A stretch of 63,103 nucleotides of DNA, the filler included, from Rhabdomonas costata (taxonomy: Eukaryota): the NCBI GenBank assembly GCA_019059605.1. It is 39 parts of 39 records of this genome, joined end to end, with 100 filler letters (N's around TTAATTAATTAA, not from the genome) between each part and the next. Parts side by side here need not be neighbours in the genome. Positions count along the whole stretch, not along the records: positions 48,633 to 50,152 come from JAHMHO010013970.1; positions 50,253 to 51,771 come from JAHMHO010013971.1; positions 51,872 to 53,390 come from JAHMHO010013972.1; positions 53,491 to 55,009 come from JAHMHO010013973.1; positions 55,110 to 56,627 come from JAHMHO010013974.1; positions 56,728 to 58,246 come from JAHMHO010013975.1; positions 58,347 to 59,865 come from JAHMHO010013976.1; positions 59,966 to 61,484 come from JAHMHO010013977.1; 31 more parts are not named here. One strand, 5' to 3'. The notes under the pieces were generated by a model that searched no databases, had not been told where the DNA came from, and saw nothing but the letters and a program-made list of their open reading frames with translations. A program made the position numbers and the translations under genes. This document shows, one piece after another, positions 49,890 through 61,000 of this stretch (position 1 is the stretch's first letter; each line of letters begins with the position of its first letter).

Positions 49890-50152
49890 CCGCCTCCTCA
49901 ACAGTCTGGCCAGGTTTTGCTCAGCCTTCGCTTCGGGGTCGCTTCCAGATTGCTCCCAGATTGTTGTCGTTATGATGTTTGATCGGTATACCCAAAGCCG
50001 GCTCTCAGGGCCCTGGGAGCGACGTTCGTCCGATCGCCATCGGGGAAACCCTGCGGCGATTGTCTGTAAAGTGTTTGGTGGTGCGTTTCCAGCCGGAAGC
50101 TGTCCGTCTCTTCCGTGGCAACTGGGCGTCGGAGTGCCTGGAACACCACACA
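49890..50152 (+). mobile_element. CRE/SLACS-like non-LTR reverse transcriptase, N-terminal fragment, frameshifted
   Basis: LIGIPK...DVRPIAIGETLRRLSVKC then PWQLGVGVPG matches the CRE-clade motif RPIAVGExLRRLxxK...PxQLGVG. Confidence 0.88.
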
Positions 50153-50377
50153 NNNNNNNNNNNNNNNNNNNNNNNNNNNNNNNNNNNNNNNNNNNNTTAA
50201 TTAATTAANNNNNNNNNNNNNNNNNNNNNNNNNNNNNNNNNNNNNNNNNNNNGGTGGGGTGGATGGTTGCGTGCCTTGGGGGGAACCCCACCACCACGCA
50301 CGCAACCATCCGCCTCACCCGCGAATCCTAATGATGCACAACGCTATACTCCCGTCTAGTAAGCAAGGGGTGATCCA

Positions 50378-50715
50378 TCAAGGTGCCCTATCTAGCCTAG
50401 CTTGCACAGCCCCACACCCGCACAATTGTAGAGCCGGAACCCACTTGTGGGGGAGTCCCACCCATAGCTAGGCCATGGGACCTTGAGAGTTTTGGAATAC
50501 TGTGATCCAGCCGGCACAGAGGCACAGGGATTATGACGCACAGTGACTCCACAGCGACCTTACATGTGTGAGGGGGTCTACCACAAGTTCTGGCCATGGA
50601 ATGAGGGTGGTAACTGTGAAAGTTATGTGTAGGTATGTTTGCTTGTTTTTGCTTTGCTTCTGCTTTGCTTGCTTGACACGAGAATCTCAGCCCCCCCCCC
50701 CCCGAGAGGCTCGAA
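50378..50715. repeat. Dispersed repeat, copy 2
   Basis: Shares CCCTATCTAG.CTAGC..GCACAGCCCC, GTCCCACCCATA, GGGATTATGAC.CACAG, TGTGAAAGT, a TTTGC tract and CACGAGAATCTCAGC..GAGGCTCGAA with copy 1. Confidence 0.85.
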
Positions 50716-50995
50716 CAGTGAACATTACTGACACTCTTCAATCCGAAGAATCCCCGTGGCCCATCTGACGAGAATTTAGTATTTTGCACACGCGAAATAA
50801 ATACTGTGCTGCTACTCCGCTGCTCTTTACCCTGCTCTACACGGATGAAAAGGTGACCATGTGGGCCCGAGGCAAGTAGCAGGGATGAAAAAGTAAAGGC
50901 ATGAATGGTATTGAGAGATGTTCTCAAGAATTCAACAGCGAAAATTACGCAAACAAGTGCCAAGAAAAAAAGCATATTAGCAGTCAAGTTCACAC

Positions 50996-51771
50996 CTCCG
51001 GTAGGCAGCTCGGTAATAATACAGAACAGAACATCCCCATCCGAATCGCTGCGGGGGAGCTGAAAGGATACAAGTTTCTGCAAAGGCACCGTCACAAGAA
51101 TGTCCGAGGCCGTAGCGCAGTGATCGAACCGAAGCACAACCTCTCCCTAAAAGGGCAGCAAACAGCCAACGTTCTGTGAACTGAAGGGAGGAGAGTCGAA
51201 ACCAGGCTACAGCAACACTGCAAAATTTCTACCCACCAGCCACACCACAACGTCACGCAATTTCGACTTATACTTGAGGGACTCGAGGAGTCTGTTGTGT
51301 AACTCAACCAGTAAAAGATATGGAACAGGGGAAACAAAAATACCGTCGCAATGCTGCCGTCATCCAGAACGGCCGTATACTTGAAGTCATCAGCAGTAAA
51401 AATCTGCGAATGGCTTTGATACAGCAAAGTCGTGTTCGCAGGAACAACAGTGCCGCTGGAACTCACCACTACACCACCAGCCATCAGGGTGCCTTGTGTG
51501 GGAAGCACAGTGACATTCATGTCGAAGCCCATCGTGACATCCACAGCACTGCTCGGGATGTAGCTGATCACGATATAGGGCTGCTCCGTGTGGAAGATCG
51601 GCGCGGCGTTGGCGGCGTGGAGGGGGCGGGTGGTGCCTCCGCAGGAGGTGTCCTGCAGATTGGTGCTGTCTACGAGGGAAAGTGGGATGCCCTGGGCGGA
51701 GAGGGCCAGCAGGCCATCGGGGCTGTCCGTGAGGTCATCGAAGTGCCACTGCACCACCAGGTTGGGGGTGT
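50996..51771 (-). CDS. Extracellular protein with LamG-like and bacterial Ig/cadherin-like repeats; exons 51771-51344 and 51146-50996
   Basis: LVVQWHFDD; VTVLPTQGTL...LLY...DDFKYT; FQLPRSDSDGDVLFCIITELPTGG (the DxDGDxL...ITxLPxxG motif); GT-AG intron. Confidence 0.65.
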
Positions 51772-52184
51772 NNNNNNNNNNNNNNNNNNNNNNNNNNNNN
51801 NNNNNNNNNNNNNNNTTAATTAATTAANNNNNNNNNNNNNNNNNNNNNNNNNNNNNNNNNNNNNNNNNNNNGGTGTTGGTTTATGCCTTGGGAAAATCTC
51901 TGAGGGAGGAGGGTGCATATGGGTGCAGGGGTCGAGTTTTTTGGTGGAAAATGCTTTCAATTGGGGCAAAGACAAGCAAAATAGACCAAAATTGGTTCGA
52001 ATCTTGACTCATCCGCCCCGGGGCCTGCTATATCTCACTGCCACTGGCAGCTTATTTCAACTTCACGCAATGTGGATGTGTATAAAATCCCCCCGAAAAT
52101 GTAGCTTTCCTTCTGTTCCCAGTTGAATTGCTTTGGTTGTCTTGATATTTTTTGAACGTCGTAGTTGCGTTTCCAATTCAAAAG

Positions 52185-53127
52185 GTGCGTGCAGTGAAGT
52201 CCCTGCTGGACCGTCTGGGGGACCTGGGGCTGGGACACACCCTGGCCGAAACGGTCGGGGTCTCCGACACCTGGGCCAGCGTGTTCCAGACCGAGCCCCT
52301 GTCCGCGCTGACCCACCGCTCCACAACCTTTGGCGGAGAGGTGTGCATAGGGGAGCGGGGAGTGGGAGCGGCAGCGGGTTGCTCCGCCTTGTGAAACGAC
52401 AAACGACAACATCAACCCGTGCGAAAATTTGGTTTGTGTGTGCATTCACTTTTTTTTTACGTTATTTTGCTTTTTTTCATAGATATTTTAGGGTACCAGT
52501 TGCACGCGTTCCGTCCTGTGGCCTTTTCCCCTTTTTCACTTTAGCCTTCAGCTCCGCAGCAATCGCCCCCCCCCCCTGCTTTGGGATCTTCCACTTGACT
52601 TCACGAGTCCTTAAAAAGCATTCAATGGTTGACTCGCAACTGTTTGCACAAGGCATGGGTTTGTTTGAGTTTTTCCTTCAGGCGAACTTCTAATTGATAC
52701 TTCCGCCTCCGTAATGAGAGTCCACCCCTTGCTCTTCTCCTGGTCGGATTTACTTTAAAAAAACCTCAGTGGCGCAATAGAACCGCGGTTTGATGGGGCC
52801 CATCCTTCTGCGCTCGCCCAGCATAACAACTGATAACGGGACGTCACAGATTTTTACCATGCTCTCTTTTTAGTGTGTACATTAGAGAAGGAGGGTTTGT
52901 GTGTGTGCACCGTTCAGATCTTCTGCGCCGCAGACAGCTACTTCTATCGCAGCTTCTGCTACCTTCGTGCCATGCGGGACGCCGCGCTGACCCCGCACAA
53001 GGACCTTGGGCAGGGCCAGGTCGCCAAGGCTCTGGGCTACTGCGAGGGCCTGTTCCTCACCCTGGTGCAGCAGAGGGCGCAGCTGCTGCAAGTCGACCGC
53101 GCCGTGCTGCTGAGCAGGGACTTCCAG
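52185..53127 (+). CDS. MDN1: Midasin (Rea1) linker region; exons 52185-52340 and 52918-53127
   Basis: RAVKSLLDRLGDLGL and ADSYFYRS...HKDLGQGQVAKALGYCEGLFLTLVQQR match recalled midasin motifs RALxDLLKxLxxxGL and YF...HxDLxxxQVxRxxGFxExL...QR. Confidence 0.72.
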
Positions 53128-53789
53128 GCAAACTCCACCCTGCCCTTAACCTTTAGTTATGTGATCAGCCTTATGCGTGGAAAATACCGCTCCGTTTCGT
53201 TTCCTGTCCCTTCATTTGCAAGTACGGTGTCTCCTGTACTCTGCTTCGTAATGCTATGATGTTAATTGGGGGGAGAATATTACCGTTTCATTTCAAAGAC
53301 ACTTGCACGGGCGCTTTTTATGATATGGTCGGGTGCCTCTAGGTGCAACGTCAGCATTTTCAAATCCTTTGAGCATGCACACACCAACCCNNNNNNNNNN
53401 NNNNNNNNNNNNNNNNNNNNNNNNNNNNNNNNNNTTAATTAATTAANNNNNNNNNNNNNNNNNNNNNNNNNNNNNNNNNNNNNNNNNNNNGCCAGTTCCA
53501 CTCCTCCTGGTGCCGCGGGTTTTGGGAGTGGTGCGTGTCGTGCTTGTCGTACGGCTCGAAAATGGGGAGCGGCCTCACTTCCAGAACGAACTTTCGCTTC
53601 GCCCGAGGGATTTAGTCTTGCTCCCAGGATCGGTTGGGCTTTGAGTCTGATTCGCTTTGCTTTCATTTCCTTTGGAGAGTAGCCTTGTGGTGCCAGTTAC
53701 CACCACAAGGTAGTTCATGAGAGACGGCCCTGTGTTATTGATCGTCAGTCCCCGACTCACCGCCATGAGCGGCAAGGTTTCCCTGGTAT

Positions 53790-55009
53790 AGGGACTGCAA
53801 TTCGGGAAGCGCATGAGCATTTGGTTTTCCTGCAGGATGAAAGGCTCCCCATAGCATGGTGGTCGTTTGCAAGAGCTGGTACCAACAAGAAATTGACAGG
53901 AACCTCTCGTACAACAATGTATTCGAGTCATGCGACACTATGACCTGGGAGGACGTGGAGTGCAAGGCAATTGACTTCAACTCAAAATGGGACTTCCGCA
54001 CTGTTGATGGCTTGTGTAAAACCACGTAATTTGGAATACGACAAAGAAGAAGTTACGATTTATTGCGTGAACCAGATACAAACCTGCCCAACCCGGCAAA
54101 GAGAGCAACCCTGGTCCACCTCGGCAACCGCTATTCGAACCCCACAAAACCCTCGTTCGCATGCTGCATGCAGTGGAGAAAAACGTCAAGGAAAAAACAA
54201 GCAGAGCCAATGGGATAATGGTATCAAAGCGTTTTGTGTGATAGACAGTGTCGGAGTGTTCATGCGAGTGGTGTGAACCTCAAATGATAAAGTCCTCGAG
54301 CATGGTCAGAAGACGGCGGACTTCTGCACCATGTACACATCCTTTAATTTCACAACGATGATCAAAAACGTCAAGAAATCCATTATGGAAGCCTTTGAGC
54401 ACTAGAATTCCGTGATCCGTCCCCTGAAAGTCTACGGTGAACCGCCTCAGCAGCTCAGGGTGAGCGCGCGCGGTTTTAATGGCTTCACAGAGGAGCTGGT
54501 TGGCGACCTTCTCGCGTAACTCGTCACCAACAACTACACGTCCAACGGAGGCCTGGTGCGCCGCCAAATCATTTGAATGTCTCGGCTGTGTGTTACCCAG
54601 TGTAAAAGAAAAAGCACGCCCACAGTATAGGCCCTGGAAGTTTGGATGCCGTCTCCCGGTACATCGACGACATTTACACTGCATGTGCGCCTCTCACAGC
54701 GCCGCAGGCATGGACTAAGGTCACAGGAGAATTGACTCGGTGGTGTACATGTGTGACAACGTGTACGTTGATACTAAAGGGGACGGGACAAAAGAAGTCC
54801 ACACCACCTTCTACGACGTGGAGGACCCGGAACTCGGTACGGTGGTTTAGTAGTTCCTAACGCCAAGAAACGTGTTTGCACATGAAAAATTTCAAAAACT
54901 CGGCGGCCACCGTTTTCCGCAACGCCCCTGGAGAGGCTATGCTTGGAGACTCCTTCACTCTGTCTGGAGCAGCCACACCAATCCGGAAGCGGCAACCTCC
55001 CTCACTGAT
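53790..55009 (+). mobile_element. Degenerate Penelope-like (Naiad/Chlamys-type) reverse transcriptase
   Basis: KAPHSMVVVCKSWY (53841), GIKAFCVIDS, TADFCTMYT (from ~54313), LVTNNYTSNGGLVRRQII, VSRYIDD (RYIDD at 54657-54671), HTTFYD and WRGYAWRLLHSVW; many stops and deletions. Confidence 0.87.
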
Positions 55010-57079
55010 NNNNNNNNNNNNNNNNNNNNNNNNNNNNNNNNNNNNNNNNNNNNTTAATTAATTAANNNNNNNNNNNNNNNNNNNNNNNNNNNNNNNNNNN
55101 NNNNNNNNNTCATATCTGCAAAAACCCTTGCATCGGGAACTTCATAAGTGTGAGCACATACGCAACGGGAAGTTTGGTGCTGTGGCTTCTGGATGCCTAC
55201 AATGCCGAAAACCTTCCTTTAGTGCAAAGTACAACCGATTGGACAGGGAATCTAGGCATTTTCAAAAGGGACTCTTCGACCAAGCGATGCAAATTTGCTG
55301 GGATAACAGCAGCGTCCACTACCAGTGCGAAAGAACCCAAACCGAAAGCAGGAAAGGGATTTTGGCAGATTGTGGCACACCCGAGCCCAAGGGCTTCCCA
55401 ATGACGTGTGGTTGGGTCATAACCAGAGAGGAGCCCCTGGAGGGAGCCTTCTCCTTGGACATGCCTCCGTCGAACTGCTCACCTGGGCGACGAAAGTAGC
55501 GGCGGCGGAAAAGAATAGGTGTTCTTCCCGCTCACAACAACAGGTGCGCTTGGCGTTGCGGCGGCGGGTGGGAAAGTGCGTATCTATGACCAAACGCTAC
55601 ACACAAACTTCACCTAATCGCGCTCGAAAAATTATTGCTATGGACCACTGTCCAAATCGCTGTGGACACCGGGAAATCTCCAACTTTTTGATGCATCGGG
55701 TTTTTACATAAATATGTTCTGAGGGGAAACGTTGGTTCTTGCGAACGTAATCACCAAACTGGTTAGCTGCACACAAAGGGCGCTTTCCCGGAAATAATTT
55801 GACCACAACGGCCATTGCGGACAGTATGAACGCTCAAAAAACCTGGGTTGAACCGCAGCAAAAGGTAAAATGCGGTACTTCACCCGGGTTTTTATGTCGC
55901 GGAGTCCCTGCCCTGGATCCCAGGGCTTTCAAACTCCTTGACAAGCAAGAATTACCAAACAATTCATGGTGGCAAAATCAGTGTCCATGGGGAGATATGC
56001 TGACAGCATCTGAGGCGGAGTCCAGCGATCTGCTGCTTCGGGAAGTTCCCAGTAAGACCCCACCACAGCAGCGCACTCTCTCACTTCTGTCTTTCAACTC
56101 AATCGAGGCATTATTTTGGGGCTGACTTAAGTGTTGCAACGTGGCCGGCGCACCCCGCTGGATGGCCATGCAACGCAGATAAACGAAAGAGGAAATCCAC
56201 CCAACAAAGGTTCAAAGAAAGCAAGGAGGGAATACCCGCAGGAGACCCTGTGAAGGCTCGGATGTGACGGCGGTGGGCGCCTAAGAACCTCGCCACCACC
56301 TCAAAAACCTCTGGTGTCATCGCATTGCCGCGGAAACGCCGCGGTTGGGGGGAGAGCTGCCCCTTTACCCCGAGCACCGTCCCGGGGTGCAGAAGCAGCA
56401 CAAACATGGCAAGGGCCCAGCCTCCTGGGGAAGGCCGCTTGGGAGGCATTGGCCGATAGAATTTTCACAAGCACTAATAAAACAAATTACTAACCCTCGG
56501 AAAAGAAAAAGCAGAAAGAAAAGAACTCTATGAGAGCAGGTAAGAGCATAGTTAAGCCACAGGCAATAGGTAAGTAGTCATTGACTCGACTTGACTGATT
56601 CACTCTTGCAAGATAGCCCCAACAACCNNNNNNNNNNNNNNNNNNNNNNNNNNNNNNNNNNNNNNNNNNNNTTAATTAATTAANNNNNNNNNNNNNNNNN
56701 NNNNNNNNNNNNNNNNNNNNNNNNNNNTGTTGGGGTGTATTGTGTTGGGTGATCTTTGTTGTTACCAACCTCTTCAACATAGAACTGTTCTAGTGCCTGT
56801 TTGTCTGTAAGCCGGTAAATGTCTTGTTCATGGTGCCAGTTGTTTTTTATTTACTCTCCCCTGGCAGGGAGTCGGCAGTTTACCCACTTTTGTGTACTGT
56901 TGGCACCCCGATGTTGGTGGGTTTTTGCTTTAGAAAATGGAGTAGTCACACCTGCAGTTACACTGAACTCGGTGGGGTCACCCGAAAGTTTGAATTGAAC
57001 GACTGACTGGGCCCAACCAGGACTGAACTTTTCACCTCACTGTGGACTCGTTCGCTTCAGTGGTTTTTTGTTGATCCAC

Positions 57080-57760
57080 ATGGCGGAGCGCTATCCTCCT
57101 TTCCTGCCCGATGAAGGTGCATTAGTATTTTGCCCATCTTCTGGTTTTCATCCTTTTCGTATTTTTCGACAGGGTATCTGCCGAAATGCCGTTCATTAAA
57201 TTTGGATGGCCACAGACGGTGAGAGAAGAGTCATACTCACCTGTCTGCTACAATACACAGACTCAGCACAGCGAAAGGCGGCTGCAGTTGCCCTGTGCTA
57301 GTTGCCAAGCCCCAGGGTGAAAGGTCAGGAAACTCCTCCCCAGGGATTTGCCGGGCAGCGTTTCTGGAGGTCTGCTTCGGCGTCGTTTTTTTTACGGGGT
57401 GGGACGAGGATGTCTCGGTTTCTTCAGTCATGAAAACGTGACAGAATTGATCAAACGCGCGAGTACGTTCAGTTGCCGTCGGCCGAAGGGCCAGAGGGAG
57501 GTAAGTCGCGTAAAAAAGAAAGTGAAGAAAGCTTTAGGACACGTGTTCACCTGTTCAGGTTCTTCCTCCGGGCCTGTGCAACACGTCTTTTTAATGCGTC
57601 ACGGCGAGCGAGCGGATGCGGTGGACAGCAACTGGACATCCGACCGGCCGTTTGATCCTCCGTTGACGGGGTCAGGGATGGTTGAGGCTCTCGTTGCGGG
57701 CCAGGCTATTGCCGCTTTGGGAGTCTCTCTTCAAGTGGCTTATACGTCTCCCATGCTGAG
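57080..57760 (+). CDS. Histidine phosphatase (phosphoglycerate mutase family), 5' part; exons 57080-57116, 57173-57218, 57445-57500, 57559-57760
   Basis: VFLMRHGERAD...RPFDPPLTGSG...YTSPMLR; the upstream exons splice in frame from an ATG. Confidence 0.88.
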
Positions 57761-57904
57761 GCACGCCGCACGCTTGTGCCCGAGCGTTTTCTTGCGGTTT
57801 TGTGGTTTTGACATTTTCATTCACAATTAACCAACTACTGACTAAAGTTGTCGCCTTGCATTGCCCCTGAATGCCCCCCTAGTTGCCCAAATTGCCCATC
57901 ATAC

Positions 57905-58090
57905 AGGTTAATTTAATTAATGGATCGGATTAATGGATCAATAACGGATTTTTTTAGAGAAGAAAAATATTAATGGATCAACCAAAACGGATCAAGGAGT
58001 GTGTTAGTTTCGTGTTTGGGAGATGGGAAATATTGGATCATCAAATAATGGATCAACTTCCACGCTGATCCATTGATCTATTTAATACCT
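57905..58090. mobile_element. Possible MITE with repeated TAATGGATC motifs
   Basis: AT-rich ~185 bp; AGGTTAATTTAATTAATGGATC at the left and GATCCATTGATCTATTTAATACCT at the right form imperfect inverted ends. Confidence 0.4.
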
Positions 58091-61000
58091 AACGGTAATT
58101 GCCGGGCAGTTGCCGGAAGGTTAAAATTCCCGGTTCTTTACATTGCTACCCCCTCCTCCCCCTTCCCACGGGTGACAGAAACGAAAAAAAATTATCAGAC
58201 AGTATCAGGAATAGATCGAAAGAGAATAAAGCCAATACAAAACCACNNNNNNNNNNNNNNNNNNNNNNNNNNNNNNNNNNNNNNNNNNNNTTAATTAATT
58301 AANNNNNNNNNNNNNNNNNNNNNNNNNNNNNNNNNNNNNNNNNNNNAAAAGTGACCATTCGGCACCACTTTTACAATTCTTATCTTTCAAGGTTTCCCTC
58401 CGAGTGGCGCTGGCGACGGCACCTTCCATGGACTTCGGGTTGGTACCAGCTCTCACCTTGTATTACACGGCATTTCAGTGACCAGGTCGTGACGGGCGCA
58501 CGCGACCACCGTGAACTGGACCGCTCTCTGCTCCTCCTGGTCCCGAGCGTCCGGTGAGACCCAAAATTCAGCCAATCGGTCTCCCGACATCCACCTCCCC
58601 ATTTAAAAAAATCACTGTCAAATTCACTAAATTCAATTGGCGGAAAGCAGCAGGTAGGGCCTGCTCGTTTTGACTCCATACGATCCCATGCTTCTTTTCA
58701 TTCCTATTCTTCTTTAAAACGGTGGACACCAACGGCACGTAGACAGACTAAGGTTCTTCCAGAGGAGCAAAAATTAATGAGAAGCATCCTCATGGCTTCA
58801 AACACTGGATGTTTGTATGTGTGCTTCGCCTTTATTTTACCCACTCCGTTGATTCCAATCCATCGCTCATCTTTTCGATTGCTTGCCATCCCTCTGGTAA
58901 TTCACGATACCCCTTGCATCAGCGAAATGAACTTGCCTGTGATGTGAAAGAACAGTTGGTAGACAACCAGGTCAAAGCGCTCCTCGCAAGTTGCCAGCGG
59001 GCACGGCCAAGAACTTCACCAGCTGTTTCACACTTCCGGGGCCCATCACGGTCACCCGCAAAGGGGGATGCACGGAGCGCAGCAGTGTGTCGCTGGTTGA
59101 GACCAACAGCAGCTCATGGATGTTCGCCGGAGAAGACACAGCATCCACTGCAAAAAAGCCCCTCCACATCCAAGAAAAAGATAAGGGCTGTACTTCTTCA
59201 CATTTTTACTACACAGAGATACACAGAGATACAGAGTGTATATAGAAAAATGAAGCACTGACTGCACAAGGCATACAGTTGCTTCCAGGTATTCGTCAGT
59301 GGGGTAAGCTCTGCCCATACTTGAGTGTGTTCTTCAGCGGGGTGAAACGTCCTTAAAAACACTCAATGGCGAATTGGAACGCGGGCTACAAACCTTATAG
59401 GGGCCAGGCGGTGTTTTACTACTCCAATTATTTATATATTTATTTATTCAGTTTGTTTTTCTGGCCACAATAAGCAGTCCTCATGTGTCCAACCACAGCA
59501 TAGAGCTGCCACGCACTACAAAAACCGCGGTACATACGCCAAAACAAACTTTATTTTGCAGAAACTTCGAAAGTCCTCAGGCTGAGCTCCCACTCGCCGC
59601 CTACACGCAACAGGGTGCTTCAGGTAAGAGGCCCTCTCTGCGGATGCGCCAGCAGGGGCATGCCTCTCCGGCTTCTTTCGGCGTCGCGCTCGAGGTACGG
59701 TGGGGGCGGAGCGGGGCCACTTGCAGGCCCACAACTGGCGGTGCCTCAGAACAGACTCCGACGGATCACCGTGTGGTCGCGCTCCGAGCCACTGCGGTCC
59801 AGAGTTGCCACGCTGACGAACTCGTGGTAGCCCGCAATTTCGTGACCGGAAAAACCACCTCAGCTNNNNNNNNNNNNNNNNNNNNNNNNNNNNNNNNNNN
59901 NNNNNNNNNTTAATTAATTAANNNNNNNNNNNNNNNNNNNNNNNNNNNNNNNNNNNNNNNNNNNNGGTGTGTTGTGCGAGTGTATGTGTCTGGTGCTTTG
60001 TCTACCCCTATGTCCCCTTGCATTTTGCGTTCTTGCAAGTAAGTCTTTGACCATCTGCCTTCCGTTGTGCTTTGACAGCGGATGACGCTTTCTGCATTGT
60101 CGGGTAGGAGGGGGTTGTTCTGCGTTTTGATACTGTCCCCCGGTTCAGTGGCGGGCATTCATTGCGGCCTTTTGAGACCGCTTTAGAACTTTTTTTTTAT
60201 AGAATTTAACTAGCTCATGCGGACGGACGGGCAATTCTCCAATTCAATGCTGCATTCCAAATGCTCTTGTGGTTTTGTGGAACCAGGGTCTCCTCTTAGG
60301 GAAGGCTCTCTCTCTTTCCCCTGTGTATTCGCAGCGCATCTGAATGAAGCTCTCGCCGTCCTGCTTGGCGCTTCAGCTCAAAGTTGAAGGAAGTCCTGTA
60401 TTCTGCTTTATTGCGACAGCAAGGCATGCGGAGATCTCGGTTCCCATGCCTCTGCACCCTGTGGGTGTATGTCGTGTGTGTGCGAGCGCGTGTGGTTGTA
60501 TTTTATTATCCGTTGCCGCTGTGAGTTGGCTGTAGCTGAGTTTTGATTCTGATTCTGTGTGTGCGATGTGAATCGTCTGGTGGGTGCTCTGAAGCGCCTG
60601 TCCCGCCGCTTTCATTGTCGGCCCCAGACTCGCACTGCCAGTGTCTAACTCTCAGCAACCACTGCCCCTCAGTAGGTTGCTGAGTGGTGTTCAGTTCGCA
60701 AACTCTTTTCTCGGGGCAAATGTGAGGTGTGCCGGAATTAAAGTTTCGCATCCCGATCCGCCCATGCTGCCACATACGACAATGGTGCGGTAGGTTTGGT
60801 TTCCAATGTAAATCCTCGGGTGCCCTCACCTCGCTGCTTTCATCACCCGGTGGCCCGAGAGGGGATCACCCAAAGTACGAGATATTAGCATGGTTGGCCA
60901 ATTTTTTACGTTTGTTGAAAAAACGTATAGAAAAACGTAAAAGAAAAGTAGAATCCAGGGTTCCCGAAAAGGCAAAAATTGTAAAATATCGTTAAAAACG

